Source of the DNA: Candidatus Fervidifonticultor secundus
Lineage (GTDB): Bacteria > Sysuimicrobiota > Sysuimicrobiia > Sysuimicrobiales > Humicultoraceae
NCBI GenBank assembly: GCA_031459385.1
Contig: JAVKIP010000005.1
Coordinates: forward strand, 32,001-96,000
Length of the DNA stretch: 64,000 nt
Direction: 5' to 3'
In this document: piece after piece, positions 9,452 to 20,606 of the stretch
Numbering within the stretch: position 1 is the stretch's first letter
How the letters are laid out: every line of letters begins with the position of its first letter
Made by a program: the position numbers and the translations under genes
The notes under the pieces: generated by a model
The model's database searches: none
Told to the model about the DNA's origin: nothing
What the model saw: the letters and a program-made list of their open reading frames with translations, nothing else

Positions 9452-11296
9452 TCAGCGGTTCTGCATGACGACGTCGACCAGGGCGGGCCGCCGCTCGCGC
9501 GCCACCACCCGGGCCGCGCGCGCGAGCGTCGCGCGCAGCTGGCCGGGGTCCTCGACCGGCCCCCAGGCCTCGATGCCGAAGCTGCGGGCCAGGGCCGCGA
9601 AGTCCACCGGCGGGTCCTTCATCGCCTGCCCGATGTGCGCACGCTCCACCGGGCGGCCGCGCGCCCGCGCCATCAGGACCTGGTGCTCTTCGTCGTTGTA
9701 GTAGGTCCGGTTGTTGAACATCACCACGAGCAGGGGAATCCGGTGGTGGGCCGCGGTCCACAGGGCGCTGGGCGTGTACAGCAGGTCGCCGTCGGGCTGG
9801 ATGTCGATGCACAGGCGCTGCCCGCCGTACGCCAGCGCGGCCCCCACCGCGTGCCCGAGGCCGTAGCCGACGCCGCCACCTTTGTGCGCGCCCACGTACG
9901 GCACGCGGCCTGGCCGCAACGGCCAGTCCCACAGGCGGCGCGTCCAGCCGCGCAGGGTGCGGTTGACCAGCACCCAGTCCTCGCCCCCGACAACGTCGCC
10001 CAGGTCGAGCGCCAGCCGCGGCAGCGCGATCGGCCGCGCCTCGCGCGCGCGCTCGGCCGCGGCGCGCCACCGGGCGCGCAGCGCGTGATGGAGGCGCGCC
10101 AGGCGCGCCCGGCGCCGGTCCAGGCGGGCCCGCAGGGCGCTCTGCCCCCGCACCAGCCGCGCGCACCGCGCAGCGAGCGCCGGCAGCGCCAGCGCCGTGT
10201 CGGCGGTGATGGGCAGGTCCACCGGCTGCAGCCGCCCGTGCTCCTGGATCCAGCTGCGCACCACCAGGTCGTTGAGCGAGATGTGAATCACCCGGGCGCC
10301 GGCGCGCAGCCGCGTCCGGGCCCGGCGCGCGGTCCGGTCGGTGGTCGAGGTGGCCATCTCGAGGTCGAAGACGTCGAGCGCCAGGACCACGTCGGCCTGC
10401 GGCAGCAGGTCGTCCTCGGCCCCGGTCAGGTCCAGCGGGTGGGTGTTGGGGAAGTTGAAGCGGCTGCCCAGGTCGATCACCGGGAGCGCCATCGTCTCGG
10501 CCAGCCGGACCAGCGCGGCCACCGCGTCCGGCGTGCGCCCCACGTAGTCGGCCAGCACGACCGGCCGCGCGGCCCCGGCGAGCCAGCGCGCCGCGACCTC
10601 CAGGGCGGCAGGATCGGCCTGCGCGCGGGCGGGCGGGGCGTACCGGCGCAGGTCCGGCAGCGCTACGGGCCCATCCAGCGCCTGTTCCTGCAGGCCCGCG
10701 TCGAAGCACAGGTAGACGGGGCCCTGCGGCTCGGTGGTGGCGATGCGGTAGCCGCGGACGAACGACTCCACGAACCCCGTCAGGCTGGCCGGCTGGTCGT
10801 CCCACTTCACGTAGTCGCGCACGGCGTTGCCCTGCACCAGGGCGGTGTGGATCCAGTCGATCCAGGGCCGGCGGGTCTCCACGGGCATGGGCCCGGTCCC
10901 GCCCAGCACCAGCACCGGCGTGCGGTCGAGCCAGGCGGTGTAGATGGCCATGGCTGCGTGCAGCAGGCCCACGACGTCGTGGACGATCGCCGCCATCGGG
11001 CGCCCGCGGGCTTTGGCGTAGCCCTGGGCCACGGCCACCGCGATCTCCTCGTGGTTGCACAGGACGATCTGCGGGGCGCGGTTGCCCCCGTAGTTCACGA
11101 TGGAGTCGTGCAGCCCCCGGAAGGTGGCACCGGGATTCAGCGCGGCGTACTCGATCCCGTACGCCCGCATGAGGTCCACCAGGAGATCCGAGCCGTACGC
11201 CGCGCGCTGCGTCCCCCGCGCGCGCCGGCGCGGCCGGCCCCCTGCTGCGGCCTCCGGCGCGCCGGGCTCAGGGGCAGGTGCCGGCGAAGCGCGCAT
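9452..11296 (-). CDS. ThDP-dependent enzyme (acetolactate synthase / benzoylformate decarboxylase-like)
   Basis: NPGATFRGLHDS, CNHEEIAVAVAQGYA, ThDP motif variant PDGD...NNRTY; GAGGAG upstream of ATG 11296. Confidence 0.9.
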   Translation of the reverse strand: MRASPAPAPEPGAPEAAAGGRPRRRARGTQRAAYGSDLLVDLMRAYGIEYAALNPGATFRGLHDSIVNYGGNRAPQIVLCNHEEIAVAVAQGYAKARGRPMAAIVHDVVGLLHAAMAIYTAWLDRTPVLVLGGTGPMPVETRRPWIDWIHTALVQGNAVRDYVKWDDQPASLTGFVESFVRGYRIATTEPQGPVYLCFDAGLQEQALDGPVALPDLRRYAPPARAQADPAALEVAARWLAGAARPVVLADYVGRTPDAVAALVRLAETMALPVIDLGSRFNFPNTHPLDLTGAEDDLLPQADVVLALDVFDLEMATSTTDRTARRARTRLRAGARVIHISLNDLVVRSWIQEHGRLQPVDLPITADTALALPALAARCARLVRGQSALRARLDRRRARLARLHHALRARWRAAAERAREARPIALPRLALDLGDVVGGEDWVLVNRTLRGWTRRLWDWPLRPGRVPYVGAHKGGGVGYGLGHAVGAALAYGGQRLCIDIQPDGDLLYTPSALWTAAHHRIPLLVVMFNNRTYYNDEEHQVLMARARGRPVERAHIGQAMKDPPVDFAALARSFGIEAWGPVEDPGQLRATLARAARVVARERRPALVDVVMQNR

Positions 11297-12311
11297 CCGC
11301 GAACTCCTCGAAGGTAATCGCCTGCCGGACGAGCTGGAACTCCACGGCCACGTCCATCTCCGCCTGGAAGCCCCGCCGGCTGAGGCACCCGTCTCCGAAC
11401 CCGCCCTTGATCCGTTCCACCATCTTGAGGATCAGCGCCGGATCGACGCCCTTGTACTGCTCGGCGCCCCGCGGCGTGGCCAGCACGGCCTCGACGACCT
11501 CGCGGCTCGGGCGCGCGCGGATGAAGGCCAGGGCCTTCCGGTGGGCGGCGACGACCCGCCGCACCAGGCCCGGGTTGCGGGCGATCACGTCCTCCCGCGT
11601 GACCAGCACGTTGGCCAGCGCCTTCTCCCCGAACCACTTGCGGTGCTCCGCGGGCTCCCAGATCGGCACCAGCGGCACCGCCACACCGTCTTCCAGCACG
11701 CGCGTCGTCGTGGGCTCCCAGGTGGGGAAGGCGTCCACGCGGCCGGTCCGCAGCGCCGTGTAGATCACCCCGGCGTCGGCGCCCAGGGGCAGGAACTGCA
11801 CATCCCGCTGGGGATCGAGGCCGCTCTTCTTCAAGTAGAGGCTGGCCGCGGCCCAGGCGCCGGCCCCGGGCGCAGAGAACCCGACCCGCCGGCCCCGGAG
11901 GTCGGCCACGGTGCGGACGCTGTCGCGCAGCTCGGACCGGACCACCAGGCTGAAGATCTCGCGGTCGTGCAGCGCTGTCACCGCGCGCCAGGGCGACCCC
12001 GCGATGCGCGCGATGGGCACGTGCACGAAGGCGAAGAGGCCGAAGTCGAACTCGCGGGCGATCATGGCGGCCCGGAGCGTGCCGCCCGAGCCCAGCACGA
12101 ACTCGGCCAGCTCTATGCCCTCCTCCTGGAAGAACCCCCGCGCGTCCGCGACCAGCGCGGGCAGGTTCTGCTCGGCCGACAACGCGCCGGGCAAGCGCAG
12201 CCGGTAGAGGACGCCGGGTCCGGCCGCAGCGGTGGCGGTCACCGCCAGCAGCAGCGCGCCCTGCAGCGCCAGGCCCCACCACGCGTGCGCGACGCGTGCG
12301 GACGATCTCAT
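11268..12311 (-). CDS. ABC transporter substrate-binding protein, NitT/TauT (SsuA/NMT1-like)
   Basis: Signal peptide, GFFQEEGIE, VADLRGRRVGFSAPG, ALRTGRVDA...WEP. Confidence 0.85.
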   Translation of the reverse strand: MRSSARVAHAWWGLALQGALLLAVTATAAAGPGVLYRLRLPGALSAEQNLPALVADARGFFQEEGIELAEFVLGSGGTLRAAMIAREFDFGLFAFVHVPIARIAGSPWRAVTALHDREIFSLVVRSELRDSVRTVADLRGRRVGFSAPGAGAWAAASLYLKKSGLDPQRDVQFLPLGADAGVIYTALRTGRVDAFPTWEPTTTRVLEDGVAVPLVPIWEPAEHRKWFGEKALANVLVTREDVIARNPGLVRRVVAAHRKALAFIRARPSREVVEAVLATPRGAEQYKGVDPALILKMVERIKGGFGDGCLSRRGFQAEMDVAVEFQLVRQAITFEEFADARFAGTCP

Positions 12312-12321
12312 CGGCCACCCC

Positions 12322-13173
12322 CTATCCCATGTCGACGGCGCCGGGCCGCCACCGGAGCATGTAGACCTCTACCCGACGGGAAAGCTCCACCAGCGCTACG
12401 GCCACGACCATGAGGAAGATCATGATGGCGAAGACGCGCTCGGTGTGCAGCAACCCGGCGGCCAGGAGCATCCGGTAGCCGAGGCCGCCGGTCGCGCCGA
12501 CGAACTCCCCGACCACCGCGCCGGAGAGCGCGAAGCTCACGCTGGTTCGGAGCGCCGCGAAGACCCAGCTGGCGACGGTAGGGACGACCACCATCCGCAC
12601 CACGTGGCGCGGCCCCCCGCCCATGACGCGCACAGCCTTCACCAGCTCCGGGTCCACGGTGCGGACGCCCAGGAACGTGTTGAAGAAGACGACGAAGAAG
12701 ACCGTGAACAGACTCAGGGCCACCTTGGACGTCAGGCCGAGGCCGAACCACAGGATCAGAATCGGCGCCACCGTAATGCGCGGAAGGGAGTTCAGGGCCA
12801 CCATGATGGGCTCGAAGACCGCCGCGAGCGTCCGCTGGTAGCCGAACAGCAGCCCCACAGCGATCCCCCCGGCCGTGCCCAGCGCGAGCCCCAGGAACGC
12901 TTCCCCCAGCGTCGTCTGGAGGTCGCGCCCCAGCAGCCCCGAGCGCGCGTAGTCCACGATGTCGGCAGCGATCCGCGAGGGCCGGGCCAGGATGGCGGTC
13001 TCGAACGCCCTCCACCCCAGGCCCAGGCCGCCCGTGGCCGCTTCCCACGCCAGCACGACGGCCACCACAAGCAGCAGGCGCAGGCCGACGATCGCGGCGC
13101 CGCTGCCGGCCCCCGCGCGCGGGCGGTGTCGCCGGACCCGCATCGCCCCCACCTGCTGTGCGCTCGCGCCCAT
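12322..13173 (-). CDS. ABC transporter permease, NitT/TauT family
   Basis: LPRITVAPILILWFGLG, GAVVGEFVGATGGLGY. Confidence 0.9.
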   Translation of the reverse strand: MGASAQQVGAMRVRRHRPRAGAGSGAAIVGLRLLLVVAVVLAWEAATGGLGLGWRAFETAILARPSRIAADIVDYARSGLLGRDLQTTLGEAFLGLALGTAGGIAVGLLFGYQRTLAAVFEPIMVALNSLPRITVAPILILWFGLGLTSKVALSLFTVFFVVFFNTFLGVRTVDPELVKAVRVMGGGPRHVVRMVVVPTVASWVFAALRTSVSFALSGAVVGEFVGATGGLGYRMLLAAGLLHTERVFAIMIFLMVVAVALVELSRRVEVYMLRWRPGAVDMG

Positions 13174-13178
13174 CGGGC

Positions 13179-13991
13179 CTACACCGCGTCCGCGGCCGCC
13201 GGCTCAGGCGCCAGGGCGGTGCGGAACTCCTCGGCCAGCGTGCGCCAGATGTACGCGTGGAGCTCGGCGAACTCGGTGGCGCCGCGCAGGGCGATCGGGT
13301 CCCGCGGCTGCGGGAACGGCACGTCGTAGATCTGCGCCACCCTGCCCGGCCGCCGCGAGAACAAGATCACCCGCTCGCCCAGCGTGATCGCCTCGGCCAG
13401 GTCGTGCGTCACGAAGACGACGGTCGTGCCGCTGCCGAACCAGATACGCAGCAGCTCCCCCTGCAGGAGCATCCGGGTCTGAGCATCCAGGGCTCCAAAC
13501 GGCTCGTCCATCAGGATAAGCCGGGGGCCGTACGCCAGCGTGCGGATCAGGGCTGCGCGCTGCCGCATGCCGCCCGAGATCTGGTGCGGGTAGTAGTGCT
13601 CGAACCCGTCGAGCCCGACCAGCGCCACCAGCGCCCGCGCCCGCCGCTCCCGCTCCTGCCGGGGCACCCCTCGAATCTCAAGGCCGACCTCGACGTTCTG
13701 CAGCACGGTGCGCCAGGGGAAGAGCGCGTCGCGCTGGAAGACGTAGCCCAGCCCTGCTGGCGGCCGGTCGCCGGGACGCACGGGTGTGCCCGCGATGACG
13801 ATCTCGCCCCGCACCTCGGCTTCCTCGGGCGGGATCAGCGCCGCGATGGCGCTGAGCATCGTGGACTTCCCGCAGCCGCTGGGGCCCACGACCGCCACCA
13901 GCTCGCCCGGGCGCACCGAAAAGCTCACGTCCCGCAGGGCTTCCGCGCCCCGGTGGAAGCGCACTCCCAACCCTGTCACGGTGAGCTCCAA
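13179..13991 (-). CDS. ABC transporter ATP-binding protein, NitT/TauT family
   Basis: Walker A GPSGCGKST, ISGGMRQR, MDEPFGALDAQTR, FVTHD. Confidence 0.93.
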   Translation of the reverse strand: MELTVTGLGVRFHRGAEALRDVSFSVRPGELVAVVGPSGCGKSTMLSAIAALIPPEEAEVRGEIVIAGTPVRPGDRPPAGLGYVFQRDALFPWRTVLQNVEVGLEIRGVPRQERERRARALVALVGLDGFEHYYPHQISGGMRQRAALIRTLAYGPRLILMDEPFGALDAQTRMLLQGELLRIWFGSGTTVVFVTHDLAEAITLGERVILFSRRPGRVAQIYDVPFPQPRDPIALRGATEFAELHAYIWRTLAEEFRTALAPEPAAADAV

Positions 13992-14085
13992 CGCGGTCCA
14001 CCTCGGTCAGCACCCCCGCGACCGGCGCCGTGCGGAATCATCTACCACGGCGGCCGGCACCGCCCCTGCTCGGGCGCGCCCGCCG

Positions 14086-15183
<1,098 letters not shown>

Positions 15184-15230
15184 CGTCGGCCCTCCACCGC
15201 GAGCGCCATCAGCGTTTTCCCCCAGCGCCG

Positions 15231-16973
15231 TCAGCGCTCCAGCAGCGCGCGGCGGTGGCTGAGGCGCCGCGAGACCACGGCCAGCACGAACAGCCCGGCC
15301 ACCAGCATCAGGCCCAGCGCCGACAGCTCCTGGGGGTGGCCCGTGTTCCAGAGGTCGAAGATGTAGACCGACAGCACCTCCGACCCCGGCCCCCACAGCA
15401 GGATGCTGCTGGAGAGCTCGCGGATGGAGACGATCACCACGTAGATCCACCCCGCCAGCAGCCCCGGCCGCAGCAGTGGCGCCACCACGGCGGTGAAGGT
15501 GCGCCACCACGACGCGCCGCTGGTCTCGGCGGCTTCCTCCAGCTCGCGGTGGATCTGCAACAGCGCCGCAGACGACGCGCGCATCCCGTAGGGCAGGTAG
15601 CGGGTGACGTAGGCGATCAGCAGGATCCAGACCGTGCCGTAGATCGGCACCGGCAGCGTCAGGTAGACCCAGATCAGCGCCACGCCCATGACCACGCCTG
15701 GGAAGATCAGCGGCAGGGAGGCCATCTGGTCCAGCAGCCAGCGTCCCGGCACCCGCGACCGGACCACGAGCCAGGCGACCACGGCGGTCAGCACCGTCAC
15801 GATCGTCGCGCTGCCCAGCGAGAGCCCGACGCTGTTGGTCAAGGCGCGGGCGGTCTTGGGCAGGCGCAGCACAAACGCGTAGTTCTCGGCGGTGAGCATC
15901 GAAAGGGCCGCACCCGACGGCTTCATGTAGAACGGCAGCAGCGAGTTCCACAGCAGCACGAAGAGCGGCAGGCCCACCATCACCACCAGGTAGCCGAGCA
16001 TCAGCGCGGCCGTCGCGTAGCGCCACCGTCCCAGGTCGATGACCCGCGGGCGAAACCCCTTGCCCGTGACGGTGGCGAACCGCGTCGTCTCCCGAGTGAT
16101 GCGCGCGTACCCGTAGGTACCCGCCAGGGTCAGCAGCAGCAGGATCGTGGAGTAGGCGCCCGCCAGCCCGAAGTCGGACGGGTAGCGCTTGATGGCCAGG
16201 TAGATCTGCGAGGTGAAGACGTGGATGCCGGCGGGCAGGCCGATGATCGCCGGCACCTCGAACGTCTCCAGCCCGCGCAGGAACAGCACCAGCCAGACCC
16301 CGAGGACGGTGGGGAGGTTCAATCGGAGGGTGATCTGGGCGAAGGTGCGCCCCAGGCTGGCCCCCGCCGTCAGCGCCGCCTCTTCCAGCGCGGGATCCAT
16401 GGAGCGAAAGGCCGCGGACATCATCAGGTAGACGATCGGGGACCAGTGCAGGCCCTCGACCCAGATCATCCCGCCCATGGAATAGACGTCGAATGGGGCC
16501 GCCCGCAGCCCCAGCGCCCGCTGCAGCCAGTCGTTGACCAGCCCGATCCGCGGGCTCAGCAGGAAGATCCAGCTCAGGGTGAACAGGATGCCCGGGATGA
16601 TCAGCGGGATCAGGCTCACGGCGAAGAACAGGCCGCGCAGCGGCGTGTTGGTGCGCTCGGTGATCCAGGCCAGCCCGGTGCCGATGACGAACGCCACCAG
16701 CATCGTGCCCGCCGAGAACACCACCGAGTTGCGGAGGATCGCCAGTGACGCGCGGTCGGTGTAGGCGCGGACGTAGTTCTGCAGGGTGAACTGTCCCACC
16801 TCGCCCGCGCCGGTGGGCGTGAAGAAGCTGCCGTAGAGGAGGAAGGCCAGCGGCAGGACCGTCAGGTAGGCCAGGACCGCCGCGGCCCCCAGCGGTAGCA
16901 GCCACTGGGTCCACGCCCGGCCCCGCCACCACGTGGAAACCAGCGCCGTCCCCGCCGGTACCGCCCCCGCCAT
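15231..16973 (-). CDS. Fe3+/thiamine-family ABC transporter permease (two fused TM domains)
   Basis: Two EAA loops (DPALEEAA, HRELEEAA), ERTNTP. Confidence 0.9.
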   Translation of the reverse strand: MAGAVPAGTALVSTWWRGRAWTQWLLPLGAAAVLAYLTVLPLAFLLYGSFFTPTGAGEVGQFTLQNYVRAYTDRASLAILRNSVVFSAGTMLVAFVIGTGLAWITERTNTPLRGLFFAVSLIPLIIPGILFTLSWIFLLSPRIGLVNDWLQRALGLRAAPFDVYSMGGMIWVEGLHWSPIVYLMMSAAFRSMDPALEEAALTAGASLGRTFAQITLRLNLPTVLGVWLVLFLRGLETFEVPAIIGLPAGIHVFTSQIYLAIKRYPSDFGLAGAYSTILLLLTLAGTYGYARITRETTRFATVTGKGFRPRVIDLGRWRYATAALMLGYLVVMVGLPLFVLLWNSLLPFYMKPSGAALSMLTAENYAFVLRLPKTARALTNSVGLSLGSATIVTVLTAVVAWLVVRSRVPGRWLLDQMASLPLIFPGVVMGVALIWVYLTLPVPIYGTVWILLIAYVTRYLPYGMRASSAALLQIHRELEEAAETSGASWWRTFTAVVAPLLRPGLLAGWIYVVIVSIRELSSSILLWGPGSEVLSVYIFDLWNTGHPQELSALGLMLVAGLFVLAVVSRRLSHRRALLER

Positions 16974-17006
16974 GGCGCCTGCTCCCGCGCGACGCGCCAG
17001 AGGCCG

Positions 17007-18092
17007 CTACCGGCGCCGGATGAACAGCTCCTGCCAGAGCTGGTCGTACCGCGCGTACCGCTCCAGGAACAGGCCCGGGTCCATGGCCCGGTACACGAAG
17101 CCCTGGTTCAGCGTCGGCGGGTTGGCCTGCACGAACGGGTGCGCCGGGATGCGCCCCACCTTGACCAGTTCCTGCTGTCCCTCGGGCGACAGGAAGAAGT
17201 CGATGAACAGCAGTGCCGCGTGGGGGTGCGGGGCGTACTTGGGGAGGGAGATGACGTGGGGCACGGCCACCACCGGCTCCAGCGGCCGCCACTCGATCGG
17301 CGCGCGGCGCCGCTTCAGGCGCTCGGGCCGGTGGTTGTAGATCGTCGGCGACATGTGCACCTCGCCGGCCACGATCAGCTCGGCCAGGAGGGTGTGTCCC
17401 TTCCGGATCAGGGGCTGCTGCTCGCTGAGCCGGCGGAAGAACTCGAGCCCCCTGGCCTCGCCCCAGTGCTCCAGCAGGGTCGCGAGCCACACCTGGTCTT
17501 CGGCCTCGATCCCGATCCGGCCGCGCCACCGAGGGTCCAGGAGGTCCTCGTAGCGCCGCGGTGCGGTGGCGTCGGCCACCAGGGTGGTGTTCCACGCCGC
17601 CACCAGCATGTTGTAGCGCGTGGCCACCCAGTAGCCCCTGGCGTCCTTGGCCTGGCGGGGGAACCCGCCGGCGCGGGGGGTGAAGAACGGCTGGCCGTAG
17701 CCGTCCTTGAGCATCTTGGCCACGTCGATGCCCGTACCCTCGAAGAGGTCGGCGACGTACTTGCGGCCCCGATACTCGGTGATGATCTTCTGCGCCACGT
17801 CCTCGCCCGAGGCGCGGTAGATCTCGCCGCGGATGAACGGGTACTTCCGCATGAACGCCTCCAGGACGGGCTGGGACTCGTCCAGGTCCATGGACGTGTA
17901 GATCATCAGGGCGCCCTCGGCCCGGGCGCCGGCTTCGAGCCGCGCCTGGCGGTCGGGGCCGCGGTAGTTCGCGACCTCCGCCACCGTGCCCGATCCCGCG
18001 CCCGACGGAGCGGCCGCCACCATCCCCGAGGACGCCAGGGAACCCAGCAGTACCGCGATCGATCCCCACCACCAGGTGCGCCGCGCGATCAT
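17007..18092 (-). CDS. Fe3+/AfuA-family ABC substrate-binding protein
   Basis: Signal peptide, EGALMIYTS, YEDLLDPRWRG, APHPHAALLFIDFFLSPEGQ. Confidence 0.88.
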   Translation of the reverse strand: MIARRTWWWGSIAVLLGSLASSGMVAAAPSGAGSGTVAEVANYRGPDRQARLEAGARAEGALMIYTSMDLDESQPVLEAFMRKYPFIRGEIYRASGEDVAQKIITEYRGRKYVADLFEGTGIDVAKMLKDGYGQPFFTPRAGGFPRQAKDARGYWVATRYNMLVAAWNTTLVADATAPRRYEDLLDPRWRGRIGIEAEDQVWLATLLEHWGEARGLEFFRRLSEQQPLIRKGHTLLAELIVAGEVHMSPTIYNHRPERLKRRRAPIEWRPLEPVVAVPHVISLPKYAPHPHAALLFIDFFLSPEGQQELVKVGRIPAHPFVQANPPTLNQGFVYRAMDPGLFLERYARYDQLWQELFIRRR

Positions 18093-18300
18093 CGTCCTCC
18101 ACCCCCGATGGACAGCCCGTGCGTCCGCGGCGCCGCCGCGCCGCGGCGTGCGGTCGCGCCCTGTCTACTCCAGCCGCTCCTCGGGCACCTGCTGTGGCAG
18201 CGCCGCGGCCGGGGCAGCCGCCCGGAGGGATGCTCGCGCGCCGCGCCGTAGTCTCAGGGCAGCCGCGCGCGCCGACAGGCGGCGTGGCCGGGAGGTGCTC

Positions 18301-19335
18301 GTGGTGGGCAGCGACGGCGAGGGACGCGTCTTCCTGCGGGGCATCACGTCGGAGAGCTACGGCCTGGGCGAGCTGCGGCGGCGGCAGCGCGAGGCGCCGC
18401 GGGTGCGGCCGGCGGGCACGGTCGTGGACGACGCGTCGGTGGGCCACTCGGGCGACTCCAGCCAGTCGCGCACCTGGTGGATCCTGGGCCCGGGTGACGA
18501 CCCGTTCCTGACCCAGACGATCCAGATGCACTTCGTCGAGCTCTTCCCCGGCGGCGCCAACCGCGGCCACGGCCACCAGAACGAGGCGACCTTCTACATC
18601 CTGGAAGGCCGCGGCTACGAGATCCACGACGGCCAGCGGTACGACTGGGAGGAGGGCGACTTCGTCGTGGTGCACAACGACTCCGTGCACCGCCACTTCA
18701 ACGCCGACCCTGCGCGCCGCGCGGTCGCCATCGTCATCAAGGCCAAGGCGGCCTGGATGTACCTGGGCCTCTGGCAGCAGGGCCGCGGCGGGCCGGTCGT
18801 GGACGGCGACCGGTACGGGCCCCCCGAGGACTGGTCGCGGCTGTGGACCCCGGGAGTGACCGCCCGCAAGAAGGTCGTCAAGCCGTCGGATGCGCCCTGG
18901 GAGGTGACGCGGGACGGCCGGGTCCGGGTGCTGTGCTCGCCCGCGCGCACCGACGTCCGCGTTTTCAGCGTCGACGTCTACCAGCAGGAGATCCCTGGCG
19001 GGAGCCGCTCGGCCAGGCACTGGCACATGGCGGACGAGGCGCTGTACGTGATGGCCGGGCGGGGTTACAGCCTCCACTGGGACGTCGAAGCCGAGATCGC
19101 CGACCGCTACTACGCGCGCGTCGCGCGGGAGCCGTCGCGCTGGGAGTTCGGGCCGGGCGACCTGCTCTACGTGCCCCACAACACCGTGCACCAGCACGTC
19201 AACGCCGACCCGCACGACTCGCTGGTGCTGCTGTCGGCGCAGAACCGGCTGTTCAAGCTCCTGGGCTACGATGCGGTGATCTACCTGGAGGACGCGCCCG
19301 AGTACGCCCGGGCCCAGGCCGCGCCGGCGCGCTGA
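18301..19335 (+). CDS. Bicupin protein C with two complete metal-binding motifs
   Basis: GHGHQNEATFYILEG...VHRHFN and RHWHMADEALYVMAG...VHQHVN; GGAGG at 18291. Confidence 0.82.
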   Translation: MVGSDGEGRVFLRGITSESYGLGELRRRQREAPRVRPAGTVVDDASVGHSGDSSQSRTWWILGPGDDPFLTQTIQMHFVELFPGGANRGHGHQNEATFYILEGRGYEIHDGQRYDWEEGDFVVVHNDSVHRHFNADPARRAVAIVIKAKAAWMYLGLWQQGRGGPVVDGDRYGPPEDWSRLWTPGVTARKKVVKPSDAPWEVTRDGRVRVLCSPARTDVRVFSVDVYQQEIPGGSRSARHWHMADEALYVMAGRGYSLHWDVEAEIADRYYARVAREPSRWEFGPGDLLYVPHNTVHQHVNADPHDSLVLLSAQNRLFKLLGYDAVIYLEDAPEYARAQAAPAR

Positions 19336-20587
19336 CCCGCTCCAGCGTCTCGCGCGCCCCGAACGCCAACGCCAGCGCCGTCCCCGTCAGCAGCGGCACG
19401 TAGGCCAGGAACGCGCACTGCGCGCCGCAGGCGTGGACCAGCAGGCCGCCGCTCACCGGTCCGGCCAGGCTCCCCAGGTCGCCCACGATGCGCCGCTGGG
19501 CCTGCAGCGTGCCCCGCGCGTGCGCCGGGATGACATCATAGCTGTACGTCGACAGCGAGCCCAGCGAGACCCCGTTGGCCACGCCGAGCGCCACCGCCAG
19601 CAGCGAGAGCTGCGGGCCGCTGCGCGCCAGCGGCATGAGGGTGAACGCCAGCGCGGGCAGCGCCGCGGCCGGCACCGCAGCCCACTTGCGGCCCAGCCGG
19701 TCCAGCACGAGCCCTGCGGGTACGATCATCACCAGCACGCCCAGGCTCATCAGGCCGAAGAGCGCGCCGACCTGCGCCGCCGAGAATCCCAGCCCCGCGC
19801 CCGCGTAGAGCGGCAGCAGCGTGTTGAGGCTCGACCGGTAGAGGCTCATCGTCCACGTGGTCGCGACGATGATCGCGAACGTGGTCAGGTACCCCGGCGC
19901 GATCGCCCGCCAGCCGCCCAGGCCCCACGCCGGCGCGCGTAGGGCCACCCCCACGCCGGAGGGCCCGGCGCGCGTGCGGTCGGATGGCCCGGCGGGAAGG
20001 TGGTCGGACGGGGGGGCGGGAGCGGATGCGGCCTGCGCGGCGGGGACCGCCGCAGGCAGCGCGAGCAGCAGTGTCATCGCCAGCACCAGGCCGCCCAGCG
20101 CGCCCAGGGCGGCGAAGAGCGCAACGAGGCCGGCGGCGTCCACGAGGAGCCCGCCGCCGACCGGCCCCGCCGCCTGCCCTACCATCTGGAGCCCGAAGAA
20201 CCCGCTCATCAGGCGGCCGCGCTGGTCCGCGCGGACCAGATGCAAGCCGCTCAACTCCCGCCCGGCGACCCACAGGCCGGCGCCGGCACCCATCACGAAC
20301 TGGCCGGCCACGACCGCCCAGAACGCGGGCAGGAGCATGAGCACCGGCCCCGCCAGCGCGCACGCCGAACCGACGAGGAGCACCGCCTGCGGCCCGCGGC
20401 GGTCGGCCAGCACCCCTGCGGGCAGCATGGCCACCATGCGGCCCGCGAACTGCGCGCTCACCACCTGCGCGGCGAGGCCCGGCGAGACGTGGAAGCGCGC
20501 GGCCAGGGCCACCACCGCGGGAAAGATCATGCCCTGCCCAAAGCTGAGCACCAGCGTCGGCAGGTACAACCCGAGGAGCCCGTGCAT
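19253..20587 (-). CDS. MFS transporter
   Basis: GVLADRRG and GLVLDRLGRK motif-A loops; start MHGLLGL; 3' end overlaps bicupin C convergently. Confidence 0.85.
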   Translation of the reverse strand: MHGLLGLYLPTLVLSFGQGMIFPAVVALAARFHVSPGLAAQVVSAQFAGRMVAMLPAGVLADRRGPQAVLLVGSACALAGPVLMLLPAFWAVVAGQFVMGAGAGLWVAGRELSGLHLVRADQRGRLMSGFFGLQMVGQAAGPVGGGLLVDAAGLVALFAALGALGGLVLAMTLLLALPAAVPAAQAASAPAPPSDHLPAGPSDRTRAGPSGVGVALRAPAWGLGGWRAIAPGYLTTFAIIVATTWTMSLYRSSLNTLLPLYAGAGLGFSAAQVGALFGLMSLGVLVMIVPAGLVLDRLGRKWAAVPAAALPALAFTLMPLARSGPQLSLLAVALGVANGVSLGSLSTYSYDVIPAHARGTLQAQRRIVGDLGSLAGPVSGGLLVHACGAQCAFLAYVPLLTGTALALAFGARETLERVSAPARPGPGRTRARPPGRSPHRSPGA

Positions 20588-20606
20588 CCGCCGCCCCGCC
20601 CGCCGG

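Noticed and set aside
8178..11060. 960-aa ORF suggesting a fusion to an MFS
   Set aside because: N-terminal half is Arg/Pro/Gly-rich alternative frame of the ThDP gene; the MFS starts at 9449.
19253..19335. Functional antisense overlap of MFS and cupin C
   Set aside because: The overlapping MFS tail is low-complexity run-on typical of high-GC convergent genes.
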